From positions 8,057-72,056 of the forward strand of contig CAVRHV010000008.1 of assembly GCA_963721075.1 (NCBI GenBank): a stretch of 64,000 nucleotides of DNA, read 5' to 3'. The DNA comes from an uncultured Ignavibacteria bacterium (lineage in GTDB: Bacteria; Bacteroidota; Ignavibacteria; Ignavibacteriales; Ignavibacteriaceae). How positions within the stretch are numbered: position 1 is the stretch's first letter; every line of letters begins with the position of its first letter. This document shows, in pieces, positions 1-9,420 of this stretch. Under the pieces are notes generated by a model, which was not told where the DNA came from, searched no databases, and saw nothing but the letters and a program-made list of their open reading frames with translations. Position numbers and translations under genes: made by a program.

Positions 1-84
1 ACTAATATTGGAAGGGTTATGTTCCCGTTGGTAAGAATTACCGGAAATATTTTTAAGAGGTGCGAAAAAATTTATTCACTCAGA

Positions 85-122
85 AAAAGAGCAGTGTGAA
101 ATTAATCACCTACTGCTCTTTT
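85..122 (-). terminator. putative hairpin terminator overlapping the stop codon of the OmpA/TSP3 gene
   Basis: 10-bp inverted repeat AAAAGAGCAG (85-94) / CTGCTCTTTT (113-122) with an 18-nt loop. On the minus strand the 3' arm runs into a T tract. Confidence 0.3.
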
Positions 123-1543
123 ACAATTACTATTCTGCGGTTTTTTGCTCTTCCTTCCTCGGTCGTATTGTTGGCTACCGGGAATTTATCTCCAAGACCA
201 TAAATCGTAAATTTTGAAGCATCAAGTCCGTGCGAAATGAAATAATAATAGACTGCTTCGGCGCGTTTTGACGACATTGTCCTGATCCATTGTTCAGGAC
301 CCTGGCTGTCCATATGTCCCTCAATCCTCCAGTTCGCATTTGGATTTTTCTTTATCTTAGCCACAATTTCATCCAGTTTTCTGTATGCATCAGGTTTTAT
401 TTCAGCACGGTTGGTATAGAAAATATCGTCTCCCTGAAGGGTGAATGTATCGGAGGCTTGGTTTACAGTCTCTTTTTGCGGAGCTGTTTTTTGTGAATCA
501 GGGGCAACATCAGGACATCCATCGTCGTCCAGATAACCATTTACTGTTTCCGGCTCATTCGGACATTTATCATCTACATCAGGGATCCCGTCATTATCAT
601 TATCAAGATCCGGACACCCATCCTGATCCTGGAATCCATCAAAGTCTTCTGCTTCATTTGGACATTTATCATCTTTGTCTAAAATTCCGTCTCCATCGTT
701 ATCCAGATCGGGACAACCATCATTGTCCTGGAATCCATCAAAATCTTCTGCTTCATTAGGACACTGATCCTTAATATCAGGTATACCATCACCGTCATTA
801 TCGTAATCAGGGCATCCATCCTGATCCTGGAATCCGTCATAATCCTCCGGTTCCTGAGGACATTTATCATCAGCGTCTAAAATGCCGTCGCCGTCTGAGT
901 CCCGGCTGCTTAAGAAAGCATATGAAATTCCAAGTGATACTGTTGAGAAGAAATCTTTATTCTTGCCGAGCGCCTGGTCATCAAGATAATCATTAAATAC
1001 AAAATGCAGAGCCGAATTCAGCTGTAAACTTATCTGCTGGCTGACAGGAATATTTATGCCTGCTTCCGCGTTGAAGCCAAAAGTACTTCTAGCATAAACG
1101 CTGTTCCGGTTATTTATTAAGAGTTGCCCGTTATCATTTTTGGGGCTGAAAGAAATAAACGATAATCCCACTCCAACATAAGGCAGAAAATCCTGAGTTA
1201 CGGCATAAGAATAGAGCAATGAGCCGCTCAGCAAGAATATATCCGTACTGAAAGTCGTGGGTGTTTTAGTTAAGTCCTTTCCCTTCACCGTTGCAATACC
1301 GCCTAAGAGTCTTAATCCAAGTATGTTTTCATCCATCGCTGGAAAAAAATAGGTTGCTGAGAGCACTCCGTTTATGCCCAGCTTTACATCTTTGTAATCG
1401 GTTTTTCCGATTGTTATTCCGCCGGCAGCTGTGCCTAAAAGAGACTGTGAAAAAGGATGAATATCATTCTTGATATAAGATTGAGGGTAGTTTATGAATG
1501 TAATAAACAGAATTAACCCCGCTAACAGTTTCAGTCTGCCCAT
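110..1543 (-). CDS. OmpA-family outer-membrane protein with thrombospondin type-3 (TSP3) calcium-binding repeats
   Basis: Signal-like N-terminus and a beta-barrel-like Gly/aromatic-rich region. Central DxDxDGxxDxxDxCP repeats. C-terminal OmpA_C signature (RIEGHMDSQG...NRRIVIV). Confidence 0.9.
   Translation of the reverse strand: MGRLKLLAGLILFITFINYPQSYIKNDIHPFSQSLLGTAAGGITIGKTDYKDVKLGINGVLSATYFFPAMDENILGLRLLGGIATVKGKDLTKTPTTFSTDIFLLSGSLLYSYAVTQDFLPYVGVGLSFISFSPKNDNGQLLINNRNSVYARSTFGFNAEAGINIPVSQQISLQLNSALHFVFNDYLDDQALGKNKDFFSTVSLGISYAFLSSRDSDGDGILDADDKCPQEPEDYDGFQDQDGCPDYDNDGDGIPDIKDQCPNEAEDFDGFQDNDGCPDLDNDGDGILDKDDKCPNEAEDFDGFQDQDGCPDLDNDNDGIPDVDDKCPNEPETVNGYLDDDGCPDVAPDSQKTAPQKETVNQASDTFTLQGDDIFYTNRAEIKPDAYRKLDEIVAKIKKNPNANWRIEGHMDSQGPEQWIRTMSSKRAEAVYYYFISHGLDASKFTIYGLGDKFPVANNTTEEGRAKNRRIVIVKEQ
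506..901 (-). repeat. coding tandem repeats (TSP3 Asp-rich repeats, about 40-aa super-repeat)
   Basis: Repeated 'DKCPNEAEDFDGFQDQDGCPDLDNDGDGI(L/P)D' units at aa 215-346 of the 477-aa protein. The repetition is also visible at DNA level. Confidence 0.8.
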
Positions 1544-1688
1544 TTTGCACCAATATATATTTTACAATAACTCAACTAGATTTATTTACCCCTTAATTCA
1601 TATAATTCTTATTTGCAATATTCTATTTTTTTGTGAATAAATAAAGCTTTCTCTTGAAATACTATTCCGAACATTCCGGTTTAATCGT

Positions 1689-2778
1689 TTAATCAACTAT
1701 TTTAAATTCAACCCTTCTGTTAAACGCACGGTCTATCGGCGAATCATTTTCACGCAGCGGCCTCTTTTCACCAAATGCCTCTTTGGTGATGCGATCTTTA
1801 CTAACACCATGTGAAACAAGATAATCATAAACCGAATTAACTCTTCTCTCAGATAACTTAATGTTATATTCATCCGAACCGAAACTATCAGTGTGTCCTG
1901 ATATAACCACTTTCATATCCGGGTATTCTTTCAATACATCAAGTGCATGTTCAAGTATCGGATAAGATTCTACACGTATATTAGATTTATCGAAATCGAA
2001 ATTTACATTGAACAGCATCGGCTTTGTACGGTACAGAGTATCCTTCTCTATTTTTACTACAGGAACTTCTTTATACACTGTGTCGGTTACAAAAACTTCT
2101 CTTATACCTTCCGGAGTTTTTTTGCAGATGGTAGAAGGTTCACCCTGTGAAAACTGCCATATAAAGCCTAGTTCAAATGTCATATATGTATCGCCGTTCC
2201 CTCCGAGTATACCTTTATCCTGTTCATTAACGCTGTAATTACCATCCAGCTTGTTATGTGAAACAGTGTGATAATTCATTTCTGCTTTGAGCTTCCACTC
2301 ATCAGACATATTCCAAAATGCACCTAAGCCCAAGATTCACCTGATAGCCTGCTACAAAATCGTTCAGCTCAGGATTAAAAGAATTTTGAGATTTTGAGCC
2401 GATAAATCCCCCTCCGGCCAGTATGAAGGGAGTAAGATCCTCACAAGGTAAAATCGTATATAACAGGTCAAGATCTGCAGCAAAGGCATTAACTTTCTGA
2501 AGATTAGCTATATTTTCCTTGTAATAATAGGATTCCATATGATAGACGCCGCCTTTTAACCTCAGAGAAATATATTCCGAAAAGTTTCTCTCGAAAGACA
2601 AATATCCTCCGAAGTTTGTATTTGCCGAATATCCGTCTCCTGATACACTTACAAACCTGGGATAGGTTGCTCCGAAACCCAAACTCCAGCCGTTGCTGGC
2701 TGGCTGGGAATAATTTTCATTAAATGATAATGCGGTTAAAATAAGAATGAAGAGAAATAAAGAGAATTTCATCGCCAA
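1689..2778 (-). pseudogene. OmpA-like porin (N-terminal beta-barrel plus C-terminal OmpA domain), split by one frame break as assembled
   Basis: ORF 2302-2778 has a signal peptide and barrel and ends '...YQVNLGLRC'. ORF 1689-2333 starts 'LGLGAFWNMSDEWKL' and carries OmpA_C (ISGHTDSFGSDEYN...NRRVEFKIV). The two join cleanly if one base near 2334 is skipped. Confidence 0.7.
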
Positions 2779-3172
2779 TGCCTTTTATGTAGAAGAGTTA
2801 CAATAATTAAAAGATCTTTTTGCGAAGGAATTTCACAATATATGTGCCAAAACGAAACAGGGTAAGCTAAGCTTAATTCTTTAATATTTGCTTGAAAAAC
2901 CTGGATTGTGAGACCCTTGTAATAGATCCCTATTGAACAAAATTCTCAAAATGAAACTTTTACTCAAATGATAGACATTATTACCTGATCCGATTCAATC
3001 AGATTTTGCTCCTTCTTATGCCGGAGTAGTCTCGGGGTTTAAGGCCGAGATGCCAGAGGCCGAACAAAGGCCGAGGAGTAAGTAATTTGTTTAAAGATAT
3101 AGAAAGGTTTTTCGTTTCTTTATTATATAAATTTTAGCTCTCATAAACAAGATTTTCTTTCTATCAGCGATA

Positions 3173-5061
3173 CTACTTCACCAGAAGCATTTTACGGATT
3201 TGTGAATAGTTTCCTGAAGTGAGCCTGTAAAAATATATGCCGCTGGGCAGTGATGAACCATCAAAAGAAATTTCGTATTCGCCCGCACTCATCTCTCTGT
3301 TAAGCAGTACACTGATCTCTCTCCCAAGTACATCATAAATAATGAGTGATGTTTTTTCATAATGCGGAAGAGTAAAACTTATCTTTGTCGATGGATTAAA
3401 AGGATTGGGGTAATTTTGTGCAAGACTGAAATCCAGACTGGAAATTTTCTGATCATCATTACCGGTGACGTTAAAATGTATTTCTTTACTTTTCATTATA
3501 ACCGGATTTTTATCCGCCTCTTCGTACATCCGGCTGAACCTGTTTATGTCCAATGAATTCATTCCGGCAAGGTATTCGGCAACTTCCGGTTTCAGAGTCT
3601 GATAACATACCTCAGCAGTAATATTCATCTCAGATATTTCATTAACCGGTATTCTGTATTTCACAACATCAGTGCCTGTGCCTTCATTCCCGTTAGCTTT
3701 ATTAAAATCAGGGTCATTCACAGCATAACCATATACAGCGGTAGTATCATAACTCGATATGTGATGACTTAAATCCCAGGGGCGGTATTCTGTTATCTTT
3801 GATAAAAGTTGATGCCCTGAGCAGGGTATAGGTTACGTTTCCGTTTATATCTATCGGTACTGCTTCATATACCTGCACTTCATCATCCCGATTTATTACG
3901 TTGTAATGCTTCTCAAATGGAAGATCCATTCCGTTTATCCTGCCTTCAACTGTCCCAGCTTCCCGATTCGAAAATTTTATTATTGTTTTCATCGGAAGCT
4001 TTAAGATGGATCCACATTCTCCTTAAAGGAATTCCGGTCGGAAGTTTGTGTCCTGTTATGTTTTGCAGCTTCACGCTCACGGTCAGCGAATCATTAATCT
4101 GTTCAGCTTCCACATAAAGATTAAGAGAAAGATCTTTAAGATTCCTTTCGGCAAAAGCCAGTGTAGTATCAAAATGACTGGTTTCTGCGGTTACCTGCAG
4201 TGTATCGGGGTAGTCGCGCAGCATCTTCAAAATAAAAGTATTTCCACCGACAAACGTTTCTTTCCAGAAAGGCGATCTGTGTGTAGTGTCCGACTCAGGA
4301 ATTGTGGCAATATCAATAGGATCAAAAATCTTTGGCGAATGGCAGCTTTGACAGGTGACCTGCTGTGCCGGGTAGATACTGTTTTTCCACTCAAGATAGG
4401 GGGTCTGTTCCGGAAAGTCACCGACTATATTGCCTTGCTCATCAAGTGTGGGAGTAAATAAGGTGTGGCATGTCGCGCATAAATCCGAAGTCAGTGATTT
4501 CGGCTCATAAGTAGGAGTATATCCGATAAACTGCTGCATAAAAAATGTATCGGGGTACTCATATGGCCCATAAACCAGACTGTCATCGGTAATTATGTAA
4601 TTACCTGAGTAAGATGACTGCTGCCCGAAGTTCGAAGGATTTATCTGATGGCAGACAGTGCAGCTAACTCCATCATTTGCAAGAGGATCCAGCCTGAGAT
4701 CAGCCATTGTGTATTTGGTGTGACCGTCATATAGAGCCTGGGTATATCCCATCGGAGCATGGCATTTGGTACAAAGCGTCTCAATTGTGTCCTGCAATGA
4801 CGGAAATTCATTCACTTCACCGGAAACCATTGCTCTCCATAAGGGATCTTTGCTGGAATTTGCCATCATAGTTGAACGCCAGTAAGTGGGAGGTGAAATA
4901 TCCACACCATTTAGCGATAATACATCTCCGTTGCCTGTATGGCAGTCGGCACAGTTTCCTGATCCTGAAAATAGAATGGAATTTTCGGTAGGAAGGGGAT
5001 ATTGTCCGAAAGCAGTTCCGATAATAAATTGGATAAGGACCAGAAAGTAAAATATTTTCAT
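3173..5061 (-). pseudogene. multiheme c-type cytochrome with T9SS C-terminal sorting domain, in three frames as assembled
   Basis: Signal peptide. Five CxxCH sites (CADCH, CTKCH, CTVCH, CATCH, CQSCH) in 3946-5061. The continuation '...DNRIPPLGFKSSH' lies in 3747-3992. The tail in 3173-3721 carries 'NYPNPFNPSTKISF...IYDVLGREI'. Frame breaks at about 3946-3992 and 3750-3770. Confidence 0.7.
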
Positions 5062-5377
5062 CAGCAGATTAGGTAATTGTCGAATTACAGGTAAAATATT
5101 TAAGTCTTAGCAAAGATAACAGACAAATTTACATCAATTTGGATTATTGTCGAAAAATCGACGACTGTTTCATTTTAATTATCCGCGTTTTTTAATAAGA
5201 CACGCCATTTTTATATCGGCATATTAATTGTGTCTCAATCCCTGCAATTATTTAGATTTCCGGCAAAAGACGGCATCCGGATGAAAGTGACGTCAATAAT
5301 GTCGGACAGTATTTGTGTATACGATTAATACAGTGTTAAATAAAATAGTTAATAAATAACAAAGAGAGGCAGCAGCA

Positions 5378-5764
5378 ATGTCTATAGGAAAAATTGGTTT
5401 CCTCGAAACCTACGCGCCGGATGATAATGGCGGTGTTATGGGCGCAATTCTTGTCACCGATGCGGATACAAAACCGCTGGAGTTCAGGGTAACGGCTCCG
5501 ATAAAAACTACCAACTTCCAGAAAACTTTATACGGAGACGTTCTTCTTGAGCACATCCTGGTAGAATTAATATCAGTCCCCCTGATAAATGCTCTGAATG
5601 AAGAGATTGATATAATACTGGTAAAAGATAATCTTTTCCTCGGAGCAAATAACAAGCAGGGCGTCAGAGTTGTCAGAGTTTCCGGAGATGACGATTTTCT
5701 GCTAAAACAAGTAAAGGTTCTCAGGAACTCAAGGCCTATAACGGCAGCGGAAAGATGTTCGTAG
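5378..5764 (+). CDS. hypothetical protein (128 aa), first gene of the SNF2/Mrr-like unit
   Basis: ORF preceded by AGAGAGG about 8 nt upstream. I recognise no family. A second open frame (5692-5907) continues to a TAATG junction with the next gene. Confidence 0.5.
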   Translation: MSIGKIGFLETYAPDDNGGVMGAILVTDADTKPLEFRVTAPIKTTNFQKTLYGDVLLEHILVELISVPLINALNEEIDIILVKDNLFLGANNKQGVRVVRVSGDDDFLLKQVKVLRNSRPITAAERCS

Positions 5765-5906
5765 AAACTTCGAAGAAATATGAAGCTGAACTTGGACAAA
5801 TAAAAGATCTCTTAAACGAGGTTGCTGAAAACAGGAATCTCCTTGAGCCCTTCGACCGCTTGAAACAAGCTTGCGAACAGGTCCATTTACAGAAAACAAG
5901 TGACTA

Positions 5907-8558
5907 ATGTACAGAGTCGTAAGGAAGAAGGTCGCAGAATCAGTCAGTAAGCTTGAATTTCCCGAGCATTACGACTGGAATAAATGGCTGAGAGAACCGG
6001 ATACTGATGATTATTATATAGACAACATCTATACATCGGTTCTTGATACGGATAACCTTAATGTCTGGCCTGAACTTCCTTCAACCAGGGGTTACTCATT
6101 TGATCTCCCCAAAGTAAAATATTCAAAAGCCTTTAAACAGCTTAATATCCAGAAACAGAAGAGTAGCAAGGTATTCTTCAGCTTCCCTAAAACTTCTTTA
6201 TCGGAGATAAAGGAAATTCTCCAGGAAGCAGATATTGCGTACTCGCTGTCGGTTTCGGATTCAGGAAAAGGTGCTATCTTTCGTTTAAGCGATGGTAAAC
6301 CTAAAAAGGTTTCCGGGCCTTCGTCTGAAATACTTATCCGTGAGTTTTACCTGCTTGTTCCCAGGCTTTTCAACTTTCCAATGCTGGTGCCCGGAGAGAA
6401 GGTATACTCTATTACCGTCGGACTTAACGATAAGGTTAAAGTTCTGGATCTTCTCTCTAACCTTAAAACAGAGGTAATGAAGGTTGAACTTCTGAATTCC
6501 GATAACATAATAAATCCTTTGAACAAAGCTGAAAACAGGGTAATTGAATTTCAGCCTCTGCAGAAATCTAATTCGGTAAAAAAGGTTGAGGTCGTGCAGC
6601 TGGAAAAACTCCTCGGTTCTATTAAGGATCAGAAAAAGTTGATCAGCAAAGTCGACTTTGGAGAAATTACTGTCGGAGATAAACCTGCTGAATTTAAGAT
6701 CCCGTCAGCTGTAAAAAATAAACTGAAAATACTTTCCGTCAAGAATATCAGGATTGCTGCCCCTAAAGTTAAACAGGGTGTAAAAATAACTGATAAAATC
6801 CTTTCTGAAACGAACGGTTTTTCGTTTAGCAGCCGGCAAGATGTTATCGATGAGAGTAAAGATGTGCTTTCCAGGGACCTTGAAGTCATCCTGCAGCCTG
6901 TAATGAATTTCAGTACAGAGGAAAAAGCAAAGATATACGATTTCCTTTATGACTATCAGAAACCCGCGGCGGATTTCCTTACGGAAAAAGAAAAAGTGCT
7001 TCTCAATGATGAACTCGGTACCGGAAAGACACTCGAGGTTATCGGAGCTCTGCAGATTCTTTTCAGGAAAAAGGATATATCTAATGCATTAATCGTCTGT
7101 CGTAAAGAAGACATTGGATGGGATAAACGAAATCAGTTATTAAGCAGCACAAAGCTAAGCGGATGGTATGATCACCTGCAAAAGTTCTCGCCTTCAATAA
7201 CAGCAAGCATAATTCACGACAATAGTGAGCACGAGTGGAAGGATCCATCAGCTGTTAAAATTATAGATCACAAATTGTTTAGTGAGGCAATTGAGAAAAA
7301 GTTCATATCTCTGAATGAGCTTAATCGCAGAAGCTGTCTTGTGATAGATGAATTAGAAGATTTTCCCGACATAGTACTTGAACCTGCTCCAAAATACCTG
7401 TGGATGCTGAGCGGACTGCCAACTGAAAAATTGAAAGATAAGATAGCCCTGATTGCTAATACCGAAGAACCTGTCGACAGCTTTGGCAGAACGCGGGAAG
7501 AAATTGCAGAAAAATCTCCCGTTAAAATTAAACAGGATTACTGGCTTGAAATGGATTCTGAACAAAGACTGGAATATGAGAAGGCTCTGGAATCCGGAAG
7601 AGAAAAGATTTATGATCTTGTACAGGCAGGCAATCCATTCCTGGTTCAGTCCAATGTATTTACATTAATCCATCAGCTCACTCAGATCGGCAACTTCTAC
7701 GGAAAAAAAGAATCAAGCGTTAAGTCTGATCTGCTTCTGCATCAGGTTAAAAGCATTCAGCAGAGCGGAAAGAAAGTCATGATATACTCACAGTACGACC
7801 GTCAGGGTACACAGAGACTCGAGAAGCTTTTTGCAAAAAACGGTATAAAGTATGTTGTCTATCAAACCGGCATTTCTCTTAAAGAGATGGAAGATGCTGT
7901 GAAAAAATTTGTCAGGGATAAATCCGTTACGGTTTTTCTGGCTGGTATGAAGGCGCTCAACGCCAAATTCAATCTTGATAACGTGCACTATCTGATCCAT
8001 TTTGATCAGTGGTGGAGTCCTGTAACTACCTGGCAGTCAGAGGAAAAGTTAAATTCAACTGAGAATAATAAGACCAGTCTGAATGTATATAACTATTTCA
8101 TCAAGAACAGCATAGATGAAAAAATTCAGATGAAACTTATCGAGAAGGGACTCGATAACAAAAATATGTTCGACCTCCTCAGTTCTGAAGGTATGTATGC
8201 ATTATTCACTAACGAGGACTGGCTTGAAGTACTGGAACTGGTCGAACCTAAAGACCCATCTTCAGTTGAGACAATGAAAAAAGAACATCTCGATTATATT
8301 GTTAACCTTACTACCGACGATTTTTCGCATAAAGTTAAAGCTCTGCTGGGAAGAATAGGATATAAGAATGTCAGCTTTAAAACGGCTTTCAATCCTGATG
8401 AAATGCGATTATACGCATCTACTATTAAAAATTCAGTAGAGGTTAAAGCAGCTGTTCAATGTCTGAATACAAAAGTTGTAACAAGGAAAGCTGTTAAAGA
8501 ATTTACAGAATCTCTTGTTTCAAACACCGAAAAAATGATTCATCTTCACAACAGGTGA
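5907..8558 (+). CDS. SNF2-family helicase-like ATPase with unknown about 340-aa N-terminal region and C-terminal Mrr-like (PD-(D/E)xK) domain. The reading frame probably continues to 8658 after a +1 break near 8538
   Basis: Motif I 'LNDELGTGKTLE', Ia 'ALIVCRKEDIGW', II 'LVIDELED', III 'WMLSGLP', IV 'VMIYSQY', V 'FLAGMKALNAKFNL...HFDQWWSP'. The tail 'LLGRIGYKNV...AAVQCLNTKVVTRKAVKEF' resembles Mrr_cat. Confidence 0.85.
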   Translation: MYRVVRKKVAESVSKLEFPEHYDWNKWLREPDTDDYYIDNIYTSVLDTDNLNVWPELPSTRGYSFDLPKVKYSKAFKQLNIQKQKSSKVFFSFPKTSLSEIKEILQEADIAYSLSVSDSGKGAIFRLSDGKPKKVSGPSSEILIREFYLLVPRLFNFPMLVPGEKVYSITVGLNDKVKVLDLLSNLKTEVMKVELLNSDNIINPLNKAENRVIEFQPLQKSNSVKKVEVVQLEKLLGSIKDQKKLISKVDFGEITVGDKPAEFKIPSAVKNKLKILSVKNIRIAAPKVKQGVKITDKILSETNGFSFSSRQDVIDESKDVLSRDLEVILQPVMNFSTEEKAKIYDFLYDYQKPAADFLTEKEKVLLNDELGTGKTLEVIGALQILFRKKDISNALIVCRKEDIGWDKRNQLLSSTKLSGWYDHLQKFSPSITASIIHDNSEHEWKDPSAVKIIDHKLFSEAIEKKFISLNELNRRSCLVIDELEDFPDIVLEPAPKYLWMLSGLPTEKLKDKIALIANTEEPVDSFGRTREEIAEKSPVKIKQDYWLEMDSEQRLEYEKALESGREKIYDLVQAGNPFLVQSNVFTLIHQLTQIGNFYGKKESSVKSDLLLHQVKSIQQSGKKVMIYSQYDRQGTQRLEKLFAKNGIKYVVYQTGISLKEMEDAVKKFVRDKSVTVFLAGMKALNAKFNLDNVHYLIHFDQWWSPVTTWQSEEKLNSTENNKTSLNVYNYFIKNSIDEKIQMKLIEKGLDNKNMFDLLSSEGMYALFTNEDWLEVLELVEPKDPSSVETMKKEHLDYIVNLTTDDFSHKVKALLGRIGYKNVSFKTAFNPDEMRLYASTIKNSVEVKAAVQCLNTKVVTRKAVKEFTESLVSNTEKMIHLHNR

Positions 8559-8736
8559 AATTGATGAAAAACTGGTAAAAAGTCCCGGAGACGAAAGAAT
8601 TGTGCTCATTAACAAAAACCAGGCAGCTGAATACTTTTACTTATTTAACCTGATTTAAGGTTATCCGCCTCACCCATTATCCCAACCTTCAATTTCTGTT
8701 TCGCTAATCACAAACATTTATTCTTTTCTTTATTTA

Positions 8737-9420
8737 TTGATAATAAAGGATAGAATGATGAGTTTATTTAAGGACAGATATGATGCCGGAAGATTGCTCG
8801 CTTCAGAGTTGAAAAGATTTAAAGAAGAAGATCTAATACTGCTGGCGCTGCCAAGAGGCGGAGTTCCTGTGGCATATGAAGCTGCAAAGAAACTGGGTGC
8901 CCCGCTTGACATTTTTATTGTTAGAAAAATTGGTGTGCCGGGAAGAGAAGAACTCGCTATGGGGGCAATTGCTATAGGCGGGGTGAAAATATTGAACGAT
9001 AATGTCATAAATATACTTAACCTATCCGAAGAAACAATTCAGGATGCAATACAAAAAGAGAAAGTGGAACTTCAGAGAAGAGAAAAAGAGTATCGGGGCA
9101 GCCGTCCTTTCCCAATTATTGAAAACAGAACAGTAGTGCTTATTGATGACGGCCTGGCTACAGGTGCCAGTATGAAAGCAGCAGTTAAAGCTTTAAAGAA
9201 GCATAATCCGAGCAAAATAATTGTTGCTGTTCCGACAGCTTCTGAAGATACCTGCAATGAATTTCAATCGGAAGTTGACGAAATAATCTGCGCTTACACT
9301 CCCGCAGTCTTCAGAGGCGTTAGTGAATGGTATGATGATTTTTCGCAAACGACAGATGAGGAAGTTATGAATCTTCTGGAAGATTCTTATAGAAGAAGAT
9401 ATATCGATGTTAAAGCTTAA
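8737..9420 (+). CDS. phosphoribosyltransferase-family protein
   Basis: 'LALPRGGVPVA...' and the PRPP-binding motif 'VVLIDDGLATGASM'. Confidence 0.85.
   Translation: MIIKDRMMSLFKDRYDAGRLLASELKRFKEEDLILLALPRGGVPVAYEAAKKLGAPLDIFIVRKIGVPGREELAMGAIAIGGVKILNDNVINILNLSEETIQDAIQKEKVELQRREKEYRGSRPFPIIENRTVVLIDDGLATGASMKAAVKALKKHNPSKIIVAVPTASEDTCNEFQSEVDEIICAYTPAVFRGVSEWYDDFSQTTDEEVMNLLEDSYRRRYIDVKA

Noticed and set aside
2990-3090. Possible small RNA or riboswitch: three GGCCGA(G/A) motifs and short hairpins (TCTCGG...CCGAGA, CTGAT...ATCAG) in the 390-bp gap between the OmpA-like gene and the cytochrome gene.
   Set aside because: The stems are only 5-6 bp. I recognise no known RNA family consensus, and nothing distinguishes this from chance structure without covariance or expression data.
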